Origin: Pecten maximus
Lineage: Eukaryota
Direction of reading: 5' to 3'
NCBI RefSeq assembly: GCF_902652985.1
Contig: NC_047023.1
Coordinates: forward strand, 41,540,001 to 41,604,000
Length of the DNA stretch: 64,000 nt
Made by a program: the position numbers and the translations under genes. Below the pieces are notes generated by a model that searched no databases, had not been told where the DNA came from, and worked only from the letters and a program-made list of their open reading frames with translations. Shown here one piece after another: positions 42,501-54,749 of this stretch (position 1 is its first letter; each line of letters begins with the position of its first letter).

Positions 42501-45406
42501 GAGGTACCATTTTGTTGTAATCTAGCCTCTAATGAGGTATCATTTTGTTGTAGCCTAGCCTCTAATGAGGTACCATTTTGTTGTAGTCTAGCATCTAATG
42601 AGGTACCATTTTGTTGTAGTCTAGCCTCTAATGAGGTACCATTTTGTTGTAGCCTAACCTCTAATGAGGTACCATTTTGTTGTAGTCTAGCCTCTAATGA
42701 GGTATCATTTTGTTGTAGCCTAACCTCTAATGAGGTACCATTTTGTTGTAGTCTAGCATCTAATGAGGTACCATTTTGTTGTAGTCTAGCCTCTAATGAG
42801 GTAACATTTTGTTGTAGCCTAGCCTCTAATGAGGTACCATTTTGTTGTAGCCTAACCTCTAATGAGGTGCCATTTTGTTGTTTCCCCAGGGCTGTGATAA
42901 GGCGGCTATGGTGTGGGACATGAGATCAGGAGAATGCGTACAGATGTTTGAAGGACATGACTCGGATATAAACAGTGTTAGATTTTACCCAAGCGGTGAT
43001 GCATTTGCAACAGGATCAGACGATGCTACAGTGAGTGATTTCTTATTATGTCAGATTCATTGCTGATTGTCTCATGATCAATTGTATGTTATTATATATA
43101 TATATATATAGCAATAAGACATGGCTGATGATAAGCTCTCCCATATGTGTGGCATTTGGAGTACAGTGAAAACTGCCAGCATATGTTATTTCATTGTCTT
43201 GTAATTCACTCTGTAATTTTGTGTTGTCTCCCCTTGTTTATTACCTGGCTTGGTCCAAAGGACCAGGTGATCTTATGTCATATTGTGGTGTCTGTCGTCT
43301 GTCGGCCGTTTGTGGCCTGTCATCTGTTGTCAGTCCCTTTCACAACAATTTATTCAAATGACTTCTTCTAAACTAATGATTGGAATTTAATTTAATTTAA
43401 TTGACTAGAAGCATCCCCAGGTGGAGGGGATTCAGACCTGTACAAATGGTGGGACTGACCCCCTAAATTATATAATGGATATCACTGCTGAGGGGCCAGG
43501 ATAAATGGGGGAAATTTGGTCTTGAGCGATTATTGAGCAAATAAGATTCATGTAATGTTGTAGAAATGGAGTGTGTAGCTCCCCTGGGGGCGGTGGACCC
43601 AATTGGAGAAACAAAAGTTTAAACTTTTAAATCGCTACTAGCCCTGAATGACTGTATGGTTTTCCATAGAATTTGGTCTGGAGTATTATTGGACACTGTT
43701 GTATAAATAAGGAGCGTGACTTCATCGAGTTCGGGGAGAGGAGCTAGGCGCAATAGGGAAAGAGAGCTTAAGTCTTTAAAATCATTCTTCTTCTATAAGA
43801 ATGTCAGGTTTGGTCCACATTTGGTGTGAACCATTTGTTGGGAGAGGCAGCTCAAAATGACGAAAAATATTTGTAATATAATACACTTTGGGACTGAGTC
43901 AATGTGTCTGATATGACAGTGTGTCAGTTTAGACAGTGTTTGCAATGACATTGAGGTATGTAGCTATTTCGATAGATATGGTCATATGATACAGGAAGTT
44001 GTTGAAGTAAGTGGTTGGTAAAGTCAGGTTTCACTGTATCTTGTTTTCCAGTTCGTTTAAGATCAATAGAGCTTACATTTTATGAAGTACATGTATATTC
44101 TCCATTCAAACCCATCTTGATTTAGTGTCAAGTTAGGTACAAAGTAGGAGTTCTGTGTCAATTAACCCTGTATAATCAAAAAGTGTTCTGTGTTGTTAAA
44201 TGGATTGGTTAAACATGTACCGAGTTTGACTGAGGGAGGCTTGAATATATCAACAAACTGATTAAAATTAGTTTATAAAAAAATGTGTTTCCATAAAATT
44301 TACAAATGGGTACATTGGTTCCAACGAAATTTGTTGTTAGACAAGTTACAAACTTGTCAGTTTGAAGTTCAAATTGGGGAATATTTATTTGACTTTTCAG
44401 TGTCGTCTGTTTGACCTGCGAGCTGACCGAGAGGTGAACTGTTATAAGAAAGATAGTCTAATTAATGGCTGTAACTCTGTGGACTTTTCCATTAGTGGTA
44501 TGTATCAGGTCAACATTACAAAGGGCTTGTAACCCTTTAATGAGGTACATTGGAAAAATGTTTTGATATTCAATTATACCAGGACCTTAATTTAGAGGTG
44601 CTACACCGTGGACAGAGTATAAATGCATGACACCCACAATATTGAAATACATCTGTATATCTAGTTAACACCAACAAATGAAAGAAAATGTCCTAAGACT
44701 GATAGTTTATAAGACCGAAAGTTATGTACCAAATATAGGTATAGAGTATGTCGGAATTCCTTCAGGATGTAGTTAATTATTTCTCCAGTTTATATTCTAA
44801 AGATAAAAGAGAAGCTCAAAGTTCTTGAGAGTGGTAATAGATAATAGCATTTTGTTTTCAGTTGATCTAGCAGAATCCCCCAACAAAAAATACCTGAAGA
44901 TATTTTTATTATAAATCAATACTGAAATTCATATTTGTCATGGAATGCAGACGTAAAAACATTCATGTGAAATATAAATTTTCTTACAGGTCGACTTCTA
45001 TTTGGTGGATACAACGATTACACAGTGAATATCTGGGATGTATTAAAGGGAAATCGAGTGACCATATTGTATGCACATGAAAACAGAGTCAGTTGTCTTG
45101 GTGTCTCACCAGATGGCACTGCTCTATGTACTGGAAGCTGGGATTACTCATTAAAGGTATGAAAGAAGGAATGTCGGATTAAGATTTTATTTAATAAATA
45201 TAAAAGAGAAACATGGTGATAAGCATAAAAATATTTCCATGTATCTGTCATTAATTCATATTGATTACAAATAAACATTACTTCATGGTTATTCTTTTGG
45301 AATGGAAATTACGATAGCATAACTTTTCCAGTCATTTGTTGTTTAAAGTAGCATACACCCTTAAGTCATTTGTTGTTTCTTGGCTTTATTTCAGATTTGG
45401 GCATAG
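33412..45406 (+). CDS. GNB5: Guanine nucleotide-binding protein subunit beta-5 (WD40), complete, 10 coding exons, ~355 aa
   Basis: Exons 33412-33532 (alternative in-frame ATG at 33406), 34998-35140, 39632-39673, 39901-39977, 40365-40488, 40996-41139, 42890-43030, 44401-44497, 44990-45156, 45395-45406; 1068 nt, all GT-AG and in frame. MATDGL start, [35 protein letters not shown] and IWA* end match Gbeta5 rather than Gbeta1-4. Confidence 0.96.
33981..34290. mobile_element. MITE / non-autonomous DNA transposon, ~80-bp TIRs (TAGCCC...GGGCTA), 9-bp TSD GTTGACAAC
   Basis: TAGCCCAAGTTTTCTCTGGTCCTGTCACCATGTCTGGTGTAGGGCC... is the reverse complement of the right end; TSD at 33972-33980 and 34291-34299. 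TAG..CTA ends with a 9-bp TSD suggest AcademH- or Mutator-like origin (tentative). Confidence 0.9.
34998..35140 (+). CDS. GNB5: GNB5 exon 2 (...[25 protein letters not shown])
   Basis: ttttcag acceptor, CAG|gtaaga donor. Confidence 0.95.
35108..39121 (+). repeat. 38-bp tandem array (~105 copies) spanning the GNB5 exon 2 donor
   Basis: Unit ACTGACAAACGTCGTATAGTGAGCTCCTCACAG|GTAAG with 35-41-bp variants. Confidence 0.97.
39632..39673 (+). CDS. GNB5: GNB5 exon 3 ([14 protein letters not shown])
   Basis: atttcag acceptor, AAG|gtaaga donor. Confidence 0.95.
39901..39977 (+). CDS. GNB5: GNB5 exon 4 ([14 protein letters not shown]...VAC)
   Basis: tgtacag acceptor, GG|gtaggt donor. Confidence 0.95.
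40201..40410 (+). repeat. 82-bp duplication spanning the GNB5 exon 5 acceptor
   Basis: GGGTCTAGACAACAAG at 40201, 40283 and 40365 (real exon start). Confidence 0.92.
40365..40488 (+). CDS. GNB5: GNB5 exon 5 ([10 protein letters not shown]...TTSDKQ)
   Basis: attttag acceptor, CAG|gtacga donor. Confidence 0.95.
40996..41139 (+). CDS. GNB5: GNB5 exon 6 ([14 protein letters not shown]...LFISG)
   Basis: tttgcag acceptor, GGG|gtaagt donor. Confidence 0.96.
41755..41903 (-). mobile_element. Degenerate SINE fragment
   Basis: TGTTTAATGTCCTATCAACAGCTAAGGTTATTTAAGG is similar to the tail at 32278. Confidence 0.4.
41907..42881 (+). repeat. 33/28-bp tandem array (~30 copies) abutting the GNB5 exon 7 acceptor
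   Basis: CCTCTAATGAGGTACCATTTTGTTGTAG(T/C)CTAG; last copy runs directly into TTTCCCCAG|exon. Confidence 0.95.
42890..43030 (+). CDS. GNB5: GNB5 exon 7 ([10 protein letters not shown]...GSDDAT)
   Basis: ttccccag acceptor, ACA|gtgagt donor. Confidence 0.96.
43238..43860 (+). mobile_element. Old degenerate HINE-like element related to 11705-13779
   Basis: TGGTCCAAAGGACCAGGTGATCTTATG hairpin, (GTCT/GTC) microsatellite remnant, diverged units with AAATCGCTACTAG and ACAAATGGTGGGACTGACCCC. Confidence 0.7.
44401..44497 (+). CDS. GNB5: GNB5 exon 8 ([12 protein letters not shown]...DFSIS)
   Basis: ttttcag acceptor, G|gtatgt donor. Confidence 0.96.
44990..45156 (+). CDS. GNB5: GNB5 exon 9 ([10 protein letters not shown]...GSWDYSLK)
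   Basis: cttacag acceptor, AAG|gtatga donor. Confidence 0.96.
45395..45406 (+). CDS. GNB5: GNB5 exon 10 coding part (IWA*)
   Basis: tttcag|ATT TGG GCA TAG. Confidence 0.93.
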   Translation: MWA

Positions 45407-47702
45407 GCATTTCTTTATATAAAAGATTTGATGGTGCATCTGTGTTAAACCTTTGGCAGTACCCATCAACCAGTCCTCAGTACTACCCCTGTGACAGAAG
45501 AAACCAACTTACTGCCATCGCTCTGATGATGATGATACTTATATCGAGGACATACACTCATCATTCTTATGCTGACGGTATTTGTGTAGAAGAACAGACT
45601 TACCATGACTGTAATTTTGATGTTAATGGTATTACGTCTAAGTCAAGGCTTACATCTATTTGATATTGATGGCATTTTTTGTTGAAGAAGTGCGGCACCA
45701 TCATCTTTCTGGTGTTAGTGATGTGTATATTTAGGAATTAATTGATGACTATCCTTGTACTATCACACAGACAGTTTAATTGAAGGTAAGCCCTGTCAGT
45801 AAGCAGGTGTGAACAAAATTAACTCTGTCTTCATTTTTGACCCACAATCTGTTAACCTTTGACCCATGACCTTGTCATTTTTATTACCCCTCCCCAACCT
45901 TCATTATTCACCCTTAAATTTTTTGTGTGAAATTGAACAAACTCGAGATGCAACGTCAAATTCACATGGAGATATTATTTATGCTGTTAAGAGGTTACAT
46001 TTATAAATGTTTTGACTTTTGAAGAGATCATACAATATATGATCCTCAGCTTCCAAAAATAAATACCAAATTCTTCTGCTATTCATTTTATTTGAGTCTG
46101 AAGTTGTGTGGTATGATATTAATTTTGTAAAAAGGAAATCTTAATTTGCTTGCTATCTAAAAACAGGCAATAACTAACTCCTGTATTTTCACATGGCTTG
46201 TACTGACTTTAATATCAGGTTGAATGTGAAAACATGTGACCTTCCTACTTCTTAGAGGTCAGCATGACTCCGAGTATTATAACACTTTGTGTGACCTTGA
46301 ACCTGGCAAGTCACATGACCTTGGACCTGTACACTGGTATATCTTTTATAGAATGTTTTGAATTATGGGTATACATGCATATTTATAATTCAGGAATGTT
46401 TTCTCTTGTTAGTATAGGGGTCATATTCCTATATTTAAATTATGTTATAGATAATTCATCGTGAACTTTTTACATAGAGGTCATATTTCTTATGGATGAC
46501 TGATACCTGTGTTGTTTCGAACCTTTATAATTATATAAACTTCTTTTGTAATGTTTAGTTTGGTATTCTCTGGCTTAAAATGTAGCACATACAGAGGTAA
46601 ACAAGATAACAGGATAGATATGCTATTCTAGAGATTATTACAGCCACAGTTTCGCCTTTTGACTTTTCAGCAGATGAGAATTTATGTTCAGAGTTATCTT
46701 CCTTACAAATAGCACCATGACACACTGAGAGTTACTGTCCTTTAAACTGTTCATGCTTGATTATATCAAATGTCTGACACTCTGGGTGTATCAAAAGCTT
46801 GTATTATATCAAATGTCGGACACTCTGGGTAAATTAAAAGCTTGTATTATATCATATGTCAGAAATGTGTCTGTATAAAATTCACAGGCTGCATTTACAA
46901 CCATCAATGATTTGTTCAGGGTCATTGTATTAAAGATATTTATAGGAAAAATAATATTTATCTTAGTAAGATGACATAACTCCTTATACAAAGATTAAAT
47001 GATCGCCTTGTTTGCTTTAATGCATTATAGCCTAAAATTAATAGACTTTCAAAGACGGTTTACAACACAATATTTATTCCAAATATTGAAAATATACAAT
47101 AAAAATGAAAGAAGACTTTAATTATTGAGAAATGTAGTCATTTTGGCGAGGTTGTTATTTGAAAATAAGTTAAATCCTTCATTTCATCACTGTCAAAATC
47201 ACAGGGACTTGACACAAGAAATATTATACAGCCTGTTTGGAGGAGTGTGTACCAAGTCCCTGTGATGAGAACCTGTACCGGTGATATCAACACCTGTTCA
47301 GTCTGTACACTCAGTTATTCCAGTTCATACATTTTTTTTGTGTGAATTTGACTGTGTTCAATCCTCTAATGCTATAATCTAGTCAGATCTGATATTTTAT
47401 TATTTTTATTGATATATTATTCTTTATGTAATATTTTGTGTAATATTTTGTCTACTGGTGCTGATTCTATTTTGTTTGATTATCAGAACTAACTGATACT
47501 ATCCTGTAGAATTTTAATGCTTCAATCTTGTTTTAGCTGTCTCTATTATTGTTAATTTTTATTTTTTATAATATATATTTTAACACTTGTCCCTCTGTAG
47601 ATGTAAATCTGGATATTTTCAAGAGAGAATGTTTGTTACAATTTGGTACTTAGTCATAATTTTATAGATTCAGAAGTGATAGTCATTGTTAGTCATGATA
47701 CT

Positions 47703-47888
47703 AGAAATCCATTGGTGGAAATCGAAAATAAAATAATTCATGAATTGTAGTTCACTCATGAGAATTCCATTGGTGGAAAGTCAAAAATAAAATAATCCAT
47801 GAATTGTACTTCACTCATGAGAAATCCATTGGTGGAAATTTAAAATTAAAAATATAATAATCCATGAATTGTAGTTCACTCATGAGAA
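47703..47888. repeat. ~58-bp tandem repeat x3
   Basis: GAAATCCATTGGTGGAAA...CATGAATTGTAGTTCACTCATGA. Confidence 0.85.
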
Positions 47889-49646
47889 GTATTCAAAATC
47901 TGTAATATCAAGCTTTCACAGAGCCTAAGTTTGGTCTTTGATTTGTTTGTTAAGTTATTTTCTGTACCAATACCAAGTTTATATGCAAAAATGACTTTGT
48001 AAACTGAATACTAATTGTACAAAAGGAACTTTATATTCAGATTTCTAGTGATTTGCCATGCCGTAAGATATGATATTTTGCTTGTTTTATGTTTTTGAAC
48101 ATTTGGAATATATCAAGTTAATAATAACTTATGTTAAACATCATTGTTAATTTGATAGGATCATGTTTTCATTGAAACAAAAAAATGTAAATTGAAAGGG
48201 AAGCATTTCACTAAAATGAGATAATTCTTTGCATTATTTTATCAAATACATGTAGATTTAACATGTAAAAATGTTGTATTTGTACAAATGTATCCAATGT
48301 CTGGTTTTGAAATGTTTCCAATTCTCTAGTCTGTGAGTAGTTGACATGGTTCATCACCGAGACACATACTTTAGCACTCCATCATGGAATACTTGCAGAT
48401 TAAATTGTTCTTTTTGCACATGTCATTAATCCAGAACGAGTGTGAACATGTCCATTGGACAACACACAATTACACCATTACACCAGTCCCTTCACAGTAT
48501 CGTCAACATGTGTTTAAGACATGTGACAGTTACACGTTGAATAGTATTACGATTAAGGCTCTGTTGTAACTTTGTGTCATGATATATTAATGTATATTTG
48601 TCTTGTCGAATCTCAAGGTCTTTCATCGTGGGAAGCATGTGAGAGTTTAAAAATGTTTTTTAGTGTACTACATAATTATATGATCAAAATTTACTAGTCA
48701 ATTGAATTTTAGTGAAACGCAAACACAACACTTAGCTGAATTTTACATACAGTGTTTTTCTTTTGAAGAATTTGGTACTTTCTATCTGAACAGCATAACC
48801 TCATATCTAATATCATAATAGCAATTAGAGACTTCTTAATTGGGTGATTTTATCTTTGTCATTACCTTTCTGAGGTTCACATGACTGCATGTTCACCTCA
48901 TCAAAAGTCAATAATTGTTGATAATGAGTTTTGTAGTCTGATATTCTGTGAACTTTTTCTTGTGAAATAAACTTTTGTGAAATCTGGTGAATTGCTATGA
49001 CAGGAAAAAGAAGACCAATAACAGTTTAGTATTAAAAGAGGTTTATATTATCCCTTTAGGATACCTGTATAATGATCTCATATTTTAAAAATTCTCATCC
49101 GAAATCTATTTACTGGTTATCCTGAGGGAATTCTGATTTCTTCACAATTTCTTCTTGCTATAAAACAAAAATTGGACTCTTATGAAATCTATTTTGAGTT
49201 GGATTAGACAGTCCACATATCTGTAAGGTGGAAATTTTCATACTGTTATTTCTAATATCAATGTTCAGATAAATTTCTGTTTGCAAAATATATAGTTTCG
49301 AGTGGAATTAGTAAACAGATTCAACATCACAGGACATGGTACAAACCCCAATCCCCCTCAGTGACTATATAGGTATGTATATTGTATGTTAGGAAACTTA
49401 CATCACTGTTTGACTTTTACTATTATCATCTAATGACAAGAGAGTGAATTTAACAATGAAGCAATTATTTGACTATTCCATATTTTAGATATCTTGCATT
49501 TGATCTGGACAAATTTGAATGTGTCGGAAATGTTCAATTTTGTCAGTGGACAAAGTGTCCTGATATGTAGTAAATACATACTCAATATGTTTTATAAGGC
49601 CATAACACTCTTTGATCATGTGACCTCTATAATGTGGTGTCACTGA

Positions 49647-50061
49647 TCGTATCGTTACTCGGGAGATCTATAATCTTACCCTTGTCTCCTTCGTATCGTT
49701 ACTCGGGAGATCTATAATCTTACCCTGTCTCCTACGTATCGTTACTCGGGAGATCTATAATCTTACCCTGTCTCCTACGTATCGTTACTCGGGAGATCTA
49801 TAATCTTACCCCGTCTCCTTCGTATCGTTACTCGGGAGATCTATAATCTTACCCCGTCTCCTACATATCGTTACTCGGGAGATCTATAATCTTACCCCGT
49901 CTCCTACGTATCGTTACTCGGGAGATCTATAATCTTACCCCGTCTCCTTCGTATCGTTACTCGGGAGATCTATAATCTTACCCCGTCTCCTTCGTATCGT
50001 TACTCGGGAGATCTATAATCTTACCCCGTCTCCTTCGTATCGTTACTCTGGAGATCTATAA
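49647..50061. repeat. 43-bp tandem repeat, ~9.5 copies
   Basis: TCGTATCGTTACTCGGGAGATCTATAATCTTACCCCGTCTCCT. Confidence 0.95.
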
Positions 50062-50073
50062 TAATCTTCGTAT

Positions 50074-50232
50074 GTTGGAAATCGATACCATGTCGCGGCC
50101 TGTGGGTGTTGGAAATCTATACCATGTCTTTGACCTTGGGTGTTGAAAATCTATGCCATGTCTCTGACTGTGGGTGGGAAATCTATACCATGTCTCTGAC
50201 TGTGGGTGTTGACAATCTATGCCATGTCTCTG
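50074..50232. repeat. ~36-bp degenerate repeat x4-5
   Basis: GTTGGAAATCTATACCATGTCTCTGACTGTGGGT. Confidence 0.8.
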
Positions 50233-53084
50233 TGACCCATTTCCTTATTTGTTAGGAATAAGTAGGAATTACAGTACGTGATTAATTTATACCTGGCTTT
50301 ACATGTTTGTACAGCTGTATAATCTGTGTGTGTGGGTAGTTGGGTGTGTGAGCATCACATTTTAACCTTCCTAATATTATAAGAACCGCCTGTCAATGTT
50401 GATTGTATACACTATTTAAATGTACAAAATGACTTGTCATGGCTTGAGCACAAATGTACTGGTAAAAAAATCTACTCATTAAAAATATCAACATTTTGCC
50501 TGTCTACTGGCTGGAATTAGTGGCAGATTAGCAGGTAAACCAAACTGTTTTTGATCTTTGACTGCCAATTCATGGCATATTTCATTCCTAATGCTTGTAT
50601 TAAAATAGCTTGTTAATTCTTGTGTAGTTTGCACAGATAAGTAATTTGTGCAGGTAATTATTGGGATTGAAAATACCAACCTTATTTGGTTATTAGTATT
50701 CTGTAATGTCTAAAGGAAATAGTATGGAGACTTTTGTTATGGCTGATTTTGTATACAACATGCCACAGTAATGATGAATGCCCCGACAACTTTTGTCTTA
50801 TGGTTGTTACAGCATGACTGGCACCAGGGAAGGTCTTAACAGTAACATGAAGGGAATAATGATGTCCTCATCAACAGAGGTTTATTGTAGTTTAAATCCT
50901 AAAAATGTTCTGTTATTCGGAATGTCAACAGAGATTTTTTTTGTATGAAATTTATATTAATTTAAACTTATTTACAGTCCTAGTAATGTGAAATGTTGAT
51001 AGCGATGTAATAGTGTCATGATGTAGAAACATGTAGTAATGTGATGATATATTTGTATACTAGACAATATAATCGGTCAGTGCAGGAACTCCTCCTCATA
51101 AACAAAACTTAGGTTATTTTGTTTGTTTCCTGGTAATTCCCCCCCCCCCCCCCCCCCCCTAGTTTTGTACTAGTATATACGTATGTTTAATCTCTTATTT
51201 GTGAACTCTTGCATAATATCTATTGCAGAAAAATATTCATAATTGTGATCAAGTTGCATAATCTTGACAAAGTTTTGATGTTGATGACAAAGAGCCACAA
51301 TAACCCAAAATTATTATTTTGTTTCAGATAACGGAACGTTCTAGTAAAAATTATGGTGGTGAGATGGTATAAAACCTTGCACATTGTCCCATAATACTAG
51401 TAGTAGGAAAACCCGATAGGTGGTAACCAAATGTTCCTAGGAAAGGTATTGGTGTTAAGACAGCTAACAAGCTCGATTGTAAATCAAATGATATTAACTC
51501 TCATTCACATGATCAAAATGATACATGTACACCACATGTATTACTTAAGCATTTTCACACTATATATGTTGGTAGATGCTGTGATGAAATTTATTTGCAT
51601 GGAAAGGAATTTGATGGATGGATATAAAAACATATTTTCTTGCTAAATGTATGTACATGTATCATACTGTACTTCAAAATTAGTATTCTTACCTGATCTG
51701 AAAGTTGATTTGAGAAATTTATTTCTGTGGTAAGGAATTGAGATGTATAATATTTATATGTTTTGGAATTTTGCAGATAAACACATCTTTTTCAAATTAT
51801 AAAATATTACAGACCTAGAACGGTGGTGTTATTTGATTAACATAGGGACCAAGTTTTGGAACATTTTACGAGTATATGTTCCTGATCACTTATATATAGA
51901 GGAACTCAAGATTATGTATTAGTTTATACAGACAGAACCAAACAATTTTGAGTTTTAATGAACAGATTTACATTTCACTCATCACGGACATGATAAGTGT
52001 AGTTATTAATCGTCGGAGTTGGTACAGCAGTGTTTAGAATAAAATCCATGACATATTATTGTATATGTTTTCTCTTAATCGTGTAATAATAATGAAGCAA
52101 AAGTTCAGCTGATACTTTTCTTTCTGTTAAATCTTTCAATTGCTTCCCTACTATTTGAATTACATTATCTCAACCAATCTTTGGTATTGTTGAAAATCAT
52201 GCAGATCTAAATACCAATTCTTTGTAACATGCGTGAAATAAAATATTATCAGATGATTCTATGGTAAGAAGCATGTATGGAAAATATTTTTTGAAACCTT
52301 TTTAGACGTCGGGTCTTGATAAAACCAAAGACACCCAGCAGGACTCCCTATGTTGTAGTCCTGTAACAAAAGCACAGATCTAGATTTAATTTTCCCCAAA
52401 TATTTTCCGACAGCCAAAGACCTATTAAGGTAAATGCTGTACTTTGACATAAAGAAAGCCATGGTGTATTATGATGAAAGAAATTTAGAAAGTAGAATAT
52501 CAGACAGCAGAAACCCGGAATCCATTTATAAAGCAGCAAATAATGATGTATTACACAGTATTTAATTTAAAACAAAATGTTTGAATTGTTTTTATTGTAA
52601 TCTACTTTTTTGAACTCTCTTGTATACTAACCAATTTGTATAGACGTGAGGCAGTATTATAGATATAGGACTTCCTCATAAATCCATAGATTTGAGTGAG
52701 TTTTACACGGTATGTATAATGTTTGTCGGGAGATGGTGGCGACACCTCTCTGCTACACTGGTATTTACGTTCTCATATAGTGCAATAGTGTTCTTGGTGA
52801 AGTGTGCAATATATGTTTGAGTGCTTCTTTGATAATCAACACTAAATACATTTTGCAGATAATTAATGCAGCAAAAAAGTACCAATTAATGTGTTTTTAT
52901 TCATATGACCATCTGAATATATTTGTTATATAGACAGTACATGTTAAATAAAATATTACAAACACATTCAAATCTTTTGAATCGTCATTATTAAATTTGG
53001 CACTTGAGCGTCTCTGTCCATGCATTTTTTCCTCTCCTATTACAGAATATTTGAGTAATCAAGGCAAAATATTCCAATTTCCAA

Positions 53085-53298
53085 CTATGGTTTAAACCAA
53101 ACATTGACCAAATCCCATCTTTCTTCCAGAAGAAGATCTCTTTCGGCAAAATAATGCTTCAGACCAAATTTCATCAAAATACATTCAGTTGTTATGGACA
53201 AGTAACGATTTATAGGAAACGTTGGCAGACTGAGGCCGGATGGACAGACGCTACATCATGGCGTAAGCTCACTGGTTCTTTGGACCAAGTGAGCTAAT
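53085..53298 (-). mobile_element. HINE-like 5' fragment, minus orientation
   Basis: Reverse complement TTAGCTCACTTGGTCCAAAGAACCAGTGAGCTTACGCCATGATGTAGCGTCTGTCC matches the 5' end at 11708. Confidence 0.75.
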
Positions 53299-53323
53299 AG
53301 AAATAAAAGTGTGTACAGAAAGT

Positions 53324-54749
53324 GGAGCCCCTGGTGTACCAGATATCATATCGATGGGGGAGGGTGTATAGATATGGGAGTCCCTGGTGTACCAGATATT
53401 GTAGTGATGGGGGAGGGTGTATAGATATGGGAGTCCCTGGTGTACCAGATATTGTAGTGATGGGGGAGGGTGTATAGATATGGGAGTCCCTGGTGTACCA
53501 GATATTGTAGTGATGGGGGAGGGTGTATAGATATGGGAGTCCCTGGTGTACCAGATATTGTAGTGATGGGGGAGGGTGTATAGATATGGGAGTCCCTGGT
53601 GTACCAGATATTGTAGTGATGGGGGAGGGTGTATAGATATGGGAGTCCCTGGTGTACCAGATATTGTAGTGATGGGGGAGGGTGTATAGATATGGGAGTC
53701 CCTGGTGTACCAGATATTGTAGTGATGGGGGAGGGTGTATAGATATGGGAGTCCCTGGTGTACCAGATATTGTAGTGATGGGGGAGGGTGTATAGATATG
53801 GGAGTCCCTGGTGTATCAGATATTGTAGTGATGGGGGAGGGTGTATAGATATGGGAGTCCCTGGTGTACCAGATATTGTAGTGATGGGGGAGGGTGTATA
53901 GATATGGGAGTCCCTGGTGTACCAGATATTGTAGTGATGGGGGAGGGTGTATATATATGGGAGTCCCTGGTGTACCAGATATTGTAGTGATGGGGGAGGG
54001 TGTATAGATATGGGAGTCCCTGGTGTACCAGATATTGTAGTGATGGGGGAGGGTGTATAGATATGGGAGTCCCTGGTGTACCAGATATTGTAGTGATGGG
54101 GGAGGGTGTATAGATATGGGAGTCCCTGGTGTACCAGATATTGTAGTGATGGGGGAGGGTGTATAGATATGGGAGTCCCTGGTGTACCAGATATTGTAGT
54201 GATGGGGGAGGGTTATATATATGGGAGTCCCTGGTGTACCAGATATTGTAGTGATGGGGGAGGGTGTATAGATATGGGAGTTCCTGGTGTAGCAGATATT
54301 GTAGTGATGGGGGAGGGTGTATAGATATGGGAGTCCCCGGTGTACCAGATATTGTAGTGATGGGGGAGGGTGTATATATATGAGAGTCCCTGGTGTACCA
54401 GATATTGTTGTGATGGGGGAGGTTGTATAGATATGGGAGTCCCTGGTATACCAGAAATTGTAGTGATGGGGGAGGGTGTATAGATATGGGAGTCCCTGGT
54501 GTACCAGATATTGTAGTGATGGGGGAGGGTGTATAGATATGGGAGTCCCTGGTGTACCAGATATTGTAGTGATGGGGGGAGGGTGTATAGATATGGGAGT
54601 CCCTGGTGTACCAGATATTGTAGTGATGGGGGAGGGTGTATAGATATGGGAGTCCCTGGTGTACCAGATATTGTAGTGATGAGGGAGGGTGTATAGATAT
54701 GGGAGTCCCTGGTGTACCAGATATTGTAGTGATGGGGGAGGGTGTATAG
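53324..54749. repeat. 51-bp G-rich tandem array (~28 copies)
   Basis: GGGAGTCCCTGGTGTACCAGATATTGTAGTGATGGGGGAGGGTGTATAGATAT-like unit. Confidence 0.96.

Noticed and set aside
42057-42923. Cys-rich [11 protein letters not shown] repeat ORFs (metallothionein-like look)
   Set aside because: 33-bp intronic repeat broken by 28-bp units; GNB5 splices cleanly across it.
33406-45406. Assignment as GNB1-4
   Set aside because: MATxGL start, SSSQDGK, SETGN insert and WA C-terminus indicate Gbeta5.
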